Source: Bacteroidia bacterium
GTDB taxonomy: Bacteria; Bacteroidota; Bacteroidia; UBA8524
Assembly (NCBI GenBank): GCA_965222995.1
Contig: OZ244977.1
Span: 582,095 to 646,094 of the forward strand
Reading direction: 5' to 3'
DNA: 64,000 nucleotides
Shown: in pieces, positions 9,225 through 18,593 of the stretch
Numbering within the stretch: the first letter of the stretch is position 1
Layout: the number at the start of each line of letters is the position of its first letter
Position numbers and translations under genes: made by a program
The notes under the pieces: generated by a model
The model's database searches: none
Told to the model about the DNA's origin: nothing
What the model saw: the letters and a program-made list of their open reading frames with translations, nothing else

Positions 9225-9752
9225 ATGGATACAAAAAGTTATAAGTTAAGCTATCCTATCGGTGAGTTTTCTCCTCCAAAAAAAATTACCTCTAATCAAA
9301 TAGATGTCTGGGTTGAAGATATTACTCAACTGCCTAAACAATTAGAACAAGTTTTAGCTAAACTTAGAACAGAACAACTGAACAAACCATACAGGCCTAA
9401 TGGCTGGACAGGGCATCAAGTGGTACATCATATAGCTGATAGCCACATGAATGCTTTTATAAGGTTTAGCCTCACTCTTACTGAAGATACACCTTCTATT
9501 AGACCTTATCTTCAGGATGAATGGATGAACCTTTCTTATATTAATGCTACCCCAATCCAATTGTCTGTGGATTTAATAAGAAACCTCCATGCACGTTGAT
9601 CTATTTTACTTTCTTCATTAACAACTGGTGATTGGGAAAGAGAATATTTTCATCCGGAGTATAATTATACCATTCCACTTAAAGAAGTGGTTGGTTTACA
9701 TGCCTGGCATAGCAAACATCATGTAAAACATTTAGAACTGTTACTAAAATAA
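9225..9752 (+). pseudogene. DinB_2/YfiT-type metal-dependent hydrolase-like gene interrupted by an in-frame TGA at 9597-9599
   Basis: A 124-aa ORF (SYPIGEF, QVVHHIADSHMNAFIRFSL, PSIRPY) is followed in the same frame by 50 more codons (EREYFHPEYNYTIPLKEVVGLHAWHSKHHVKHLELLLK). The TGA sits where homologs have Trp (HxRW), one transition away from TGG. Confidence 0.6.
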
Positions 9753-9770
9753 ATACTAGATACATAAATC

Positions 9771-9809
9771 AAAAAAGCCCTTGGTATTATAATACCAAGG
9801 GCTTTTTTA
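9771..9809. terminator. Bidirectional intrinsic terminator between convergent genes
   Basis: The sequence is aaaaaAGCCCTTGGTATTA/TAATACCAAGGGCTtttttt. A perfect 14-bp-arm hairpin is flanked by an A-run and a T-run. Confidence 0.65.
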
Positions 9810-9828
9810 TAGTAATTAAAATTTTAGT

Positions 9829-12800
9829 TTATCGTAGAAGAGTAACGGTCCCACTAAATGTATATGGTTTACCTGCGAAGCTGGTTACATTCACCACATA
9901 CGTATACACATCTTGCTGAGCGAACTCCCCTTTAAAGAATCCGTCCCAACCCTCAGTAATATCCGTAGAGTAATATACCTTTTCACCCCAACGGTTAAAC
10001 ACAAACACCTCAAACGTCTCATAACCCTCCGCACTTACATAGAACCTGTTATTACGTTCATCCCCGTATAAATTAGGCGTAAACGCATTCGGGATATACA
10101 CCGTAATATCCGGGCCGATAATCAACGTATCCAAATGTTCAGACGAACAACCCTTATCCGTAATCGCCGTTAAACGCACAATATACGTACCCGTATCCGT
10201 AGGATACTCAAACATAGGACTAAACGCCTTAGAATTCGTATTACTCAAATCACCGAACTCCCAAGTATAATCCAGCGTTTGTCTGTTCGCCGGAGCATCC
10301 ACCACAGTTAAATTCGTAAACTGAATATCCGTAGCCGCCACCGTAGTAACCTCACGCGACATAGAAAAATTAGCATACGGCGTAGGATCAATAGTAACAT
10401 TCACAGGCGTAGCATCACGGAAACACGACGTATTTCTATTCGTAACCCTCAAAGTAATCGTATACGTACCCTCACTATTATACACATGCGTTTCAGAAGC
10501 ATTAGAACCCGTATTATTCGCACCACTGGCAGGATCCCCGAAATTCCACACATAATCCGCCTCAGATGCCTGATCCGTCAACGAAGAAAAATCAACCGGT
10601 CTAGGCTCACAACCACCCAGCGGCGGTAAAATTTCAGCCGTAGGAATAGGATAAATAGAAATATCAAACGATTGAGAAGCAGGTGCACACACATCATTCG
10701 CAATAGTATTCGTAGTAAACACACTCACAGAAAACTTCTGCGTAGCATTATCCTGCGAACCCGGCGTATACACAGGCGCATCCGCCGTAGTACTGCTAAA
10801 AGCACCATCCCCTTGCGAAGACCACTGCACCCCGGTAGCCGCCGTATACGCAGCCGAAAGATTAAACGGCTCACCCTCACAAGCAGCAGGAGGAACAGTA
10901 ACATTCAACGTAGGCGTTTCCTGCACCTCAATAGAACCATTCGCCTCCACCGTACACTGGTAGAAATTCGTTACCGAATACTTCAAATCAAACGTACCCG
11001 GACCCGAATTACCCGCATCAAACTGACCACCGGCACTCACCGTACCGTTTTGCGAGCTCCATACCCCGTTAGAAGGAGAACCGTAAGCCGTAACAGAGAA
11101 GAATCCAACATCCTCACACTGTTTAGGAATAGCCGCAATAGCCGTTTGAGGGATAGGGAATATCGTAACCTCCATAGAATCCGTTACCGGACAATTATTA
11201 TTCGGAATATCATACTCATAATATACCCAGCTTTTTGCAGGAACCGTAGCCGTAGACGGGAACAAGCCCGGATTAAAACTAGTACCCTGCAAGCCCATAG
11301 CCCCTAGCTTTTGCGACCAAGTACCCCCCGCAGGAGCAGCACCCGACACCACATTCAAATCCACAGCAGAAGCATTTTGGCATAACGCAGGCGGAATACC
11401 CGCATCCACATTAGGCACCTCACGTACCGTAACCTTAGCCGTATCATAATTAATACACTTAGTAGACGTACTGGTAACCCGCATAACCATATTATACGTA
11501 GCCTTCTGAGCCAACTTACTCAAATCTAAATTGTAACCACCCAAACCGGGCGACAACGCATTATTAGCTTGCGTATTCGGCGAAGACCACACAATAGTAG
11601 AATTAAACTGATTCGTATTCGGGCCGATATGATTACCCATAGTAATCACCCCGTCATACCCGCAATAACTACCATCCAAAGTCTCAGCAATAGGCAAAGG
11701 ATTTACAGGCACAGCCACCACCTTGCTATTCTTACAACCCTGGTTATCCGTAACAGAATATTTCACCATATGTTGAGTAGGTCCCGGAGCACCCGGGTTA
11801 GCACCCGCACTATCCGGATAGAAGAAGCCACCGTTAACAATACTCGGTTTCACAACCCCTTCCCAAGTACCCGTAGTAATCGTAGGCCAAACCAAAGCCT
11901 CAGACGTTAAACTAAACGGAGGGTCATTTACACAACGTGCAGAAACAGGAGCAAAATTAATCTCCGGCAAATCACTTTTAGTAACCTGTACCGTATCCGT
12001 ATTCGTACAAGTAACCCCCTGATACGTTCTGGTAGCCTTAATATGCACCTCACGGTCACCCGTAACCACAAAACTATGCTGGTTAAACGTAGACACCGGT
12101 GTATTCAAATTAGGAACAATATACCACTCATACGTATCCGCACCCGTAGCCGTCATAAACACCGTATCCTGGTCACAAATAGTCTGGTTAGGACCACCAT
12201 CCACAGGCACCGTATTCACAAACAAATTCATCGTATCGTAATTACTACAGCCCAAACTATCCGTTAGCTGTAAAATATACTCACCGCTATCCGAAATATT
12301 CGTAAAACGAGAAGTATCCCCGTTACTCCATAAGAACGTATACGGAATAGAATCATTTCCACCATCCAAAGTTTGGATAGCATCATAACAAATACGGAGA
12401 TCCGGACCGATACTCACAGGAGGAAGCGGTTTCCAGAATACATCCACCGTATCACTATTCTCACAACCGTCCTGGTCTTTTACAGCCACCCAGAACGTAG
12501 AATCCCCTCCTGGATTAATAATAGCGCTAGAAGAAGTATCCCCCGAACTCCAGGTATACTCATAATGAGGAATACCGTCCCAGGTAATCGCATTCAAAGT
12601 CATCGGATTACCGTCACAAATCAAAGTATCAAACGGTAAATCCACCTGAACAAACGGGTCAATATCAATCGTATCCACAAAAGCATTAATACAAGGCGTA
12701 GACGTACGCAAGGTTAAAAACAAACGGTTTTTACCCGGCTGCATACGAATTGTATCCTGCTTTTTACTTGCAAAAGCAATATTTCTGTTATTAGAATCCT

Positions 12801-14085
12801 TCACCAACCAATCGTGCGTCAGTCCCGGATAATTATTCTTCTTCGGCGTATAATCCACAGCCACCAAACCACAATTCAGTTTAGTCCATTGGATAGTAGC
12901 CTCAGGACTTTCCCGAACCGTAATACTAAAGGCCCGGATAGACTGACCTGCCAACGGGCAAGCATCATCCTTAGCCGTAATGGTAAACGTATAAGGGATA
13001 TTACTTACATCAGCATTCGTAGGCGTCCAGCAGACACTACCCGTGGCCAAACGTTTAGAGCCGTTGGTATGTGTAAACACCGCCCCTCGAATACCCTTGT
13101 TCCAGGAAATTTTAACCGTATCCTTCTTATCATTATCCTCAGTTTCAATATCAATACACGTTTGTTGTCCCGCACAAGCAATGGCACTTTGTCCCTTAAT
13201 ACGGGGTACCTTATTGTTCGGACAAGGGACGACGATAATCTGCATATCCCGTCGGGTAATACCCACTTTGGTCATCACCCCGTTAATCTTTCGCCACTCA
13301 GTAACCTCAAGTACCAAAACAGTAACTTGGTTTTGAACGGTAGGACGGAAGCTTAAGTCACCGGTTACAGGGTCTAAACGGAAGCCAGCGGGTTGGTTAA
13401 GACCTGCATTAGGGAATCCTAAGAAAGAAATAGGACGTTGAGCACTCCATGAACCACTGTAAGATATCTTGGCTCCCTGACCGCTTAAAGGCTCTACCAA
13501 ACGGTAAGAAAGAGAGTCTCCATTATCTACAGTATCCAGAGCACCGTTGTTAAACACAAAATCCTGACCTACACAAATAAGGGCAGCAGGTTTAGAAGTA
13601 AATACAGGTGAACTGTTACAAGGAGTTTGGCATTTATTTAATACAGCCTCGGTATAAAAGTTCTGGTTAGCTGCTCCGGTAGTAATATTACTGTTACGGC
13701 AACATTGAGACCAGCTTAAGGTTACCTCACAGCAGTTAAGTACACTTAAGTCTATAATGCCTCTAAAAACGTGCTCTTCAATACCGTAAGCATAGCTACC
13801 GCTACATCTACTTTGGGTAGGACAGCGGGAATCTATACCCGTAATGTCTTTCCTGCTTATAAGTGGTAAGGTAAAACTACGGGTACCTGCATTACAACGT
13901 GCCTGTATAGGTGAGTTGCTTAACTGTATACCGTTACAATCACGATATACGGTAGCAGTTACTTCATATCTTCCGTTACCCAAACACTTGTAGGTAATAT
14001 CACTACCCATTACGTGGGTAGCCTGTACTTCAGTTACAGTAAATATACCAGCAAGGGCAAAAATTAGTAGTAATATTTTTTTCAT
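9829..14085 (-). CDS. Large (1418 aa) cell-surface adhesin-like protein with type-B T9SS (gliding-motility-associated) C-terminal domain
   Basis: Signal peptide MKKILLLIFALAGIFTVTEVQA. The body is Cys-, Thr-, Gly- and Asn-rich and repetitive. The C-terminal ~90 aa (ITVYIPNAFTPN...DERNNRF...FNRWGEKVY...GWDG...YTYV) match the CHU_C/gliding-associated CTD pattern. Confidence 0.85.
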   Translation of the reverse strand: MKKILLLIFALAGIFTVTEVQATHVMGSDITYKCLGNGRYEVTATVYRDCNGIQLSNSPIQARCNAGTRSFTLPLISRKDITGIDSRCPTQSRCSGSYAYGIEEHVFRGIIDLSVLNCCEVTLSWSQCCRNSNITTGAANQNFYTEAVLNKCQTPCNSSPVFTSKPAALICVGQDFVFNNGALDTVDNGDSLSYRLVEPLSGQGAKISYSGSWSAQRPISFLGFPNAGLNQPAGFRLDPVTGDLSFRPTVQNQVTVLVLEVTEWRKINGVMTKVGITRRDMQIIVVPCPNNKVPRIKGQSAIACAGQQTCIDIETEDNDKKDTVKISWNKGIRGAVFTHTNGSKRLATGSVCWTPTNADVSNIPYTFTITAKDDACPLAGQSIRAFSITVRESPEATIQWTKLNCGLVAVDYTPKKNNYPGLTHDWLVKDSNNRNIAFASKKQDTIRMQPGKNRLFLTLRTSTPCINAFVDTIDIDPFVQVDLPFDTLICDGNPMTLNAITWDGIPHYEYTWSSGDTSSSAIINPGGDSTFWVAVKDQDGCENSDTVDVFWKPLPPVSIGPDLRICYDAIQTLDGGNDSIPYTFLWSNGDTSRFTNISDSGEYILQLTDSLGCSNYDTMNLFVNTVPVDGGPNQTICDQDTVFMTATGADTYEWYIVPNLNTPVSTFNQHSFVVTGDREVHIKATRTYQGVTCTNTDTVQVTKSDLPEINFAPVSARCVNDPPFSLTSEALVWPTITTGTWEGVVKPSIVNGGFFYPDSAGANPGAPGPTQHMVKYSVTDNQGCKNSKVVAVPVNPLPIAETLDGSYCGYDGVITMGNHIGPNTNQFNSTIVWSSPNTQANNALSPGLGGYNLDLSKLAQKATYNMVMRVTSTSTKCINYDTAKVTVREVPNVDAGIPPALCQNASAVDLNVVSGAAPAGGTWSQKLGAMGLQGTSFNPGLFPSTATVPAKSWVYYEYDIPNNNCPVTDSMEVTIFPIPQTAIAAIPKQCEDVGFFSVTAYGSPSNGVWSSQNGTVSAGGQFDAGNSGPGTFDLKYSVTNFYQCTVEANGSIEVQETPTLNVTVPPAACEGEPFNLSAAYTAATGVQWSSQGDGAFSSTTADAPVYTPGSQDNATQKFSVSVFTTNTIANDVCAPASQSFDISIYPIPTAEILPPLGGCEPRPVDFSSLTDQASEADYVWNFGDPASGANNTGSNASETHVYNSEGTYTITLRVTNRNTSCFRDATPVNVTIDPTPYANFSMSREVTTVAATDIQFTNLTVVDAPANRQTLDYTWEFGDLSNTNSKAFSPMFEYPTDTGTYIVRLTAITDKGCSSEHLDTLIIGPDITVYIPNAFTPNLYGDERNNRFYVSAEGYETFEVFVFNRWGEKVYYSTDITEGWDGFFKGEFAQQDVYTYVVNVTSFAGKPYTFSGTVTLLR

Positions 14086-14256
14086 TTCAAATGTTCCTTT
14101 TTTTACTATCTCGTTCCACTATACTAGATAGGGTGAGATTAATAAAACGTTGCCTAACCTTTAAAGTTTTTTAATTCTTTTACATTGCTAATATATGTAT
14201 TAACAAATAAAATGACAACTGTTTGAAAATGCTTAATATAGCAAACAGTTTATTTT

Positions 14257-17200
14257 TTATACCAAGCTGATTTTGTTGAACTTAGTAAAATTACACCATT
14301 CACAATCTTCTCTGCCACAACCTTTGCTAAATTGGTGATTTTTTATAGATGAATATGTAGATTTTATTTGCTCTTTTACTATTTGTATATCTCCGAAAGA
14401 AATAGGTACATTTTGCTGAATATATTCGTTGGTTTTTTTGTCGGGTTCTACAAAGTCGAAAATGGCTTGTTGCATCTCCCAGTCTTTAGTTTTTTCATTA
14501 TCAAGTAATAAGCGGTAAAAAACGGCTTGCCGCCAGTAATCACCACCATTTACAGCTTCATGACTGTCTTTATTTGCATTTGCTCCCTCAACTGGCGGTT
14601 TTATTTTTTTGCGTGCATTTTCAGGCTTGCCTGTTTTATAATCTACCACCGTTGCCAATTTCCCATCAAACTCAATCTTATCCATTTTACCGTTTAGCGG
14701 TACCCCCTCAACAATAATATTCCTAAATACCCTTTCTACTGTAACGATTTTATTCCAACTATTGATATATGTATCGTAATAATCAGGCAAAATTTCTAAG
14801 CCATAAGCTAAACGGCGTTTGTATTGCTCTTCTATAAAGTTCTGCTTTAGCAACATCATATAATATCTAAAGTCTTGCAGCATTTGTTCTTTGGTAGGAA
14901 ACTGCTTTTTATCACTAGCCAGCATTTTTCTAAACAGCGACTCTAAGGTGTTGTGCACTGCTGAGCCAAATGCCATATACTCGTTTTGCGGAGCAGGAAC
15001 CCGTAGTATATTGTTAAAGTAAAAAGCAACAGGGCAACGCAAGTAATTTGATAAATGGGTAACACTTAGAGAATAGTTTTTTAATATATCTGCCAGGTAC
15101 TGTTTATCCAAGAGTTCTATCTCTGGTTCTTCAGCAGGTTGTAGTAAATGCTCTATAAAATCACTTAAAGCTTCATCTTTAAGAGTAATATTTTCTTTTT
15201 CTATTTCTGACAAATGCTCTATTTCTGCCACAAATCGGGAACGTTCCAGTTGTTTCTCATTAGTATTTTGTTGGGCATAACTAATGTATAGTTCTTTTTT
15301 AGCACGGGTCAGGGCTACAAAAAATAAACGACGGGCTTCTTCAGTTTCTATATCAGCATCTTTTTTCACTGAGTCAGATACAATGGTATCAGGCAAACTG
15401 TAGGTATAACTGCGTCCTGCCTTATCCCAAATGGTATTGTTGCAGCCTAAAAGGAAAACGGTATCAAACTCAAGCCCCTTTGATGAATGTGCTGTAATAA
15501 GGTTTACCCCATCTGTTCTGCCTGATGTTCTTGTAAACGAAAGCTCAATATTATCAGCATACATTAGGTCTAATACATGTATAAGCTTACTAACGTGTAT
15601 GGTAGGCGTACGGTTAAACTCTTCTTCAACAAAACCAAAAAAGGCTTTTAACATTTCTAGCTGTGTAAATTTATCAGGGCTTTTCATAACCGTAGCTAAA
15701 ATGCCTGAGTTATTTATTAGCTTTTCTATAAGCTGTGGCAGGGTAAGATTATCTGCTTGCGAAAGCCAGTAGTCTATATCCTCACCCAATCGCTTCATTC
15801 CGGGGTTGGAGAAATGTTGGTCGAAAAGTGAGGGGGCTTGTTTTTTGCCGAAAGTAGGGTCTAATAATTCTTCGCGAAAGGAGGTAGAGCGTTCTTTATA
15901 GTTTTTTCTTGAGATGGATATACTAAGTTTTGCAGCTTCAATAGGAGGGATGTTAAAAAAATCGAAGTGCATAATCTCGAATAATAAATACTCACCACTA
16001 TGTGGAGTCTCTAACTCTAAAGCTATGTAACGAAGTATGGTAATAAGCTTATAAATAAGCGGCTCATTAAGCAGATTGATTTTCTTTTTTATGTGGTATG
16101 GAATTTTTTTAACCTCTAAGTACTTTACTAAATCATCGCATTGGCGGTGGTTGCGATAAATAATGGCAACCTCGGTTAAGTCTTTGCCTTGGTGGTGTAT
16201 GGCTTCTACCTTATGGGCAATATCTATAATTTCATGGTAGGTGTTTGCATAACTACGAATTATAGGTTTTGTATCTAAATTTTTCAGTTTTTGGTTTGAT
16301 GATACTAAGTCTTTCTTTAAATAATTAAACCCTGTGTGGTTTATTAAACGCTCGTTATTATTTTCTATTAATGTATGAGCAGCAGTAAGTACAGTAGGTA
16401 CAGAGCGGTAGTTTTCTGTTAGTACTACCACTTGCAAATTAGTGCTGTATTTTAATGCAAAATCTTCTATATTTTTTACATTAGCCCCTTGAAAACGGTA
16501 GATTGATTGGTCATCATCTCCCACAGCAAAAACATTAGGACTGTCCCAAAAATCTGTAAGTTGTGAAAGCAATTCGTTTTGAGAGCCACTTGTGTCTTGA
16601 AACTCATCTATCAAAAAATATAAAAAACGTTCTTGGTAGCTGTACAGTAAATCTTCGTGTTGTTTAAATGCTTGTAGTACCCACAAAATCATGTCGGCAA
16701 AATCGTAACGCTGGCGTTTTTTTAATAACTCTTGGTAATTATCAAACTCTTTGGCTGCGGCAACCAATTTTTCCATTTTGCCTTTTTCCAGCTCAATCTT
16801 GTCAGTTTTTAAGTCGCCAACTTCTATGCCTCGTTTTTTGTTGGCACGCTTGTAGGTAAACTCTTCACGGTTGGGCAAGTCATCAATATACTGCTGGGCT
16901 TTTTCTTCAATATGCTCTGCTGTCCAGTCTTCTGTTTTCATTAGCTGGAAAAGCCTGTCTAGTCTTGAGGTTTCATAGTACACTTCACCCGTCCAGCGCT
17001 TTAGGGGATGTTGTGCATCAAAAGTATCTACCAGTTCACGTAATATTTCAATCTTTTCTAAATCAGAAACAGGCTGTAGCCCTCTATAGCCAAAATAATC
17101 AGGGTTTTCTTGTATTACCTCATTACAAAAACTGTGAAAGGTTTCTATTTTTACCCTATAGGCATCAGGACCTATAAAAGTTATGAGGCGGTTACGCATA

Positions 17201-17436
17201 GCCAATGCTCCCGCCTCTGTATAGGTAAGGCAAAGAATATTCTCGGGCTTGCTATCGGTATTTAAAAGTATATAGCCAATGCGGGCAGCAAGAACTTGTG
17301 TTTTACCCGTACCCGGTCCTGCAATTACCAAAACAGGTCCTTCTGTAGTTTCTACAGCTTTGCGCTGAGCAGGGTTTAGCTTTTCTAACTCTTGTAAAAA
17401 ATGTTGTTGGTATTGTTGTGGTTGTTGTGCCTGCAT
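14257..17436 (-). CDS. UvrD/REP-family SF1 helicase fused to C-terminal PD-(D/E)XK (RecB/Cas4-like, Fe-S) nuclease domain
   Basis: The N-terminus has Walker A (AGPGTGKTQVL) and UvrD motifs (DEFQDTS, VGDDDQSIY, TAHSSKGLEFD). The C-terminus has the Cys pattern C...C-x4-C-x2-C (LRCP....KGCGREDCEWC) with acidic and Lys residues typical of RecB-like nucleases. Confidence 0.85.
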   Translation of the reverse strand: MQAQQPQQYQQHFLQELEKLNPAQRKAVETTEGPVLVIAGPGTGKTQVLAARIGYILLNTDSKPENILCLTYTEAGALAMRNRLITFIGPDAYRVKIETFHSFCNEVIQENPDYFGYRGLQPVSDLEKIEILRELVDTFDAQHPLKRWTGEVYYETSRLDRLFQLMKTEDWTAEHIEEKAQQYIDDLPNREEFTYKRANKKRGIEVGDLKTDKIELEKGKMEKLVAAAKEFDNYQELLKKRQRYDFADMILWVLQAFKQHEDLLYSYQERFLYFLIDEFQDTSGSQNELLSQLTDFWDSPNVFAVGDDDQSIYRFQGANVKNIEDFALKYSTNLQVVVLTENYRSVPTVLTAAHTLIENNNERLINHTGFNYLKKDLVSSNQKLKNLDTKPIIRSYANTYHEIIDIAHKVEAIHHQGKDLTEVAIIYRNHRQCDDLVKYLEVKKIPYHIKKKINLLNEPLIYKLITILRYIALELETPHSGEYLLFEIMHFDFFNIPPIEAAKLSISISRKNYKERSTSFREELLDPTFGKKQAPSLFDQHFSNPGMKRLGEDIDYWLSQADNLTLPQLIEKLINNSGILATVMKSPDKFTQLEMLKAFFGFVEEEFNRTPTIHVSKLIHVLDLMYADNIELSFTRTSGRTDGVNLITAHSSKGLEFDTVFLLGCNNTIWDKAGRSYTYSLPDTIVSDSVKKDADIETEEARRLFFVALTRAKKELYISYAQQNTNEKQLERSRFVAEIEHLSEIEKENITLKDEALSDFIEHLLQPAEEPEIELLDKQYLADILKNYSLSVTHLSNYLRCPVAFYFNNILRVPAPQNEYMAFGSAVHNTLESLFRKMLASDKKQFPTKEQMLQDFRYYMMLLKQNFIEEQYKRRLAYGLEILPDYYDTYINSWNKIVTVERVFRNIIVEGVPLNGKMDKIEFDGKLATVVDYKTGKPENARKKIKPPVEGANANKDSHEAVNGGDYWRQAVFYRLLLDNEKTKDWEMQQAIFDFVEPDKKTNEYIQQNVPISFGDIQIVKEQIKSTYSSIKNHQFSKGCGREDCEWCNFTKFNKISLV

Positions 17437-17457
17437 AGCTACAGCGAATGTAGCTAA

Positions 17458-18546
17458 TTAGAAATATTTTAAAGGGGTATTATCATATAGCGTTCCAATA
17501 AACTTAGGTGCAGTAAATCTAAAACCTATGCTTAAGACGGTTGAGTAATAGGTAGTAGAAGCATCCATACCCGGTAATGAAACCATAGTTCTATCACCCC
17601 GAGCTACTAAGCCGGCATAAAACCTTTTATCGTTATAACCTACTGAGAAAAAAGCATCACCTAAAAGTGTAGGTCTCCAACCTGTTGAAATTCTTTGCCC
17701 TTTATTATCTACTGTATTGTGATACTGGAAATCGCCCATAAAGTATAGACCAAAAGAAGCAAACCATTTTTTCAGTACAAATGTACCTGAAAAACCGGGG
17801 CCCAAGCCCAGTGAATACACCTGAAAGTTTTTTAAGTTTTGATAGTTTCCAAAAAAGCCCTCTTGCCCACGATTAAAAATGGCAGAGTCTGCATTAGCCC
17901 GCATTCTATAAATATGGCTAACTGCAAAAAAAGTGGCTTGCGATTTTTTTTGTTGTTCACTGAAGCTGTACGCTGCCCCATAAGAGAACTTTTCATGATT
18001 GAAAATATAAAAAGCTTTGGCTTTGGTGTAACGCATGCTTAAGTCGGGGCGTTTTATAAAAGGCTCTTCATCGGTTTGTAGACTGTCATAACTAGGTGTA
18101 TTTGCATCGGAAAAACCTTTAAATACATTGTGGTAAAACTCAAACACAAAGGGACTGGTATTTAACCTAAGTTTTAAAATACTGTACTGGGTTTTACCGT
18201 ATATTTTTTCATTTTCAGGAATTATAGGTCCCTTGAAACCAATAGATAATGATACTGCCCTATAATTAATATCAAAACCCGTTACATCTCTTAAGTAAGG
18301 TTCATAACTGCTGCTTTTTTCTGCTAAGCTATCGTCTAAAGGTTCAAACCGAAACTCGAATGTGGGGACGGCTATCCAAGGCTCAATTGCCATTACATTA
18401 TCACCAAATTTATGTATATAGTTGGTATCGTAATTTAGTTTTTTAGGGATAGAAGTTAAAATAGAATCTTCAGTCTGTATTTGTGAAAATGCAGTATTTA
18501 GGCAACAAATTAATGCCGTTAGCAGATATAGCCTTAACGTTTTCAA
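17458..18546 (-). CDS. Secreted beta-rich protein of unknown function, tandem paralog 1 of 3
   Basis: 362 aa with a signal peptide. Blocks shared with the neighbours include YDTNYIHKFG, YEPYLRDVTGF, LRLNTSPFVFEFYHN and a YDNTPLKYF C-terminus. Confidence 0.7.
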   Translation of the reverse strand: MKTLRLYLLTALICCLNTAFSQIQTEDSILTSIPKKLNYDTNYIHKFGDNVMAIEPWIAVPTFEFRFEPLDDSLAEKSSSYEPYLRDVTGFDINYRAVSLSIGFKGPIIPENEKIYGKTQYSILKLRLNTSPFVFEFYHNVFKGFSDANTPSYDSLQTDEEPFIKRPDLSMRYTKAKAFYIFNHEKFSYGAAYSFSEQQKKSQATFFAVSHIYRMRANADSAIFNRGQEGFFGNYQNLKNFQVYSLGLGPGFSGTFVLKKWFASFGLYFMGDFQYHNTVDNKGQRISTGWRPTLLGDAFFSVGYNDKRFYAGLVARGDRTMVSLPGMDASTTYYSTVLSIGFRFTAPKFIGTLYDNTPLKYF

Positions 18547-18593
18547 GAATGTACAAAAGTGATACTTATATTATTATATCGCAAAAAATGAGC

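Noticed and set aside
9236-9262. Direct repeat ATATGGATACTAA / ATATGGATACAAA around the DinB-like start codon
   Set aside because: It is 11-12 nt, AT-rich, and includes the start codon context. Most likely a chance or slippage duplication with no defined ends typical of mobile-element target duplications.
9597-9599. TGA as a reassigned sense codon (Trp, genetic code 4) rather than a stop
   Set aside because: TGA is clearly used as a terminator in two ATGA-coupled gene pairs in this window (29118..29121 and 52630..52633), and most genes end in TAA or TAG as expected for standard code 11.
10672-13356. Several long plus-strand ORFs (211, 113, 74, 88, 180 and 97 aa), extremely Arg/Ile/Thr-rich, inside the adhesin gene
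   Set aside because: They are antisense to a well-supported 1418-aa minus-strand CDS. Their composition (R, I, T, N, H runs) is the mirror image of the GC/CG-rich coding strand. They have no start context or homology.
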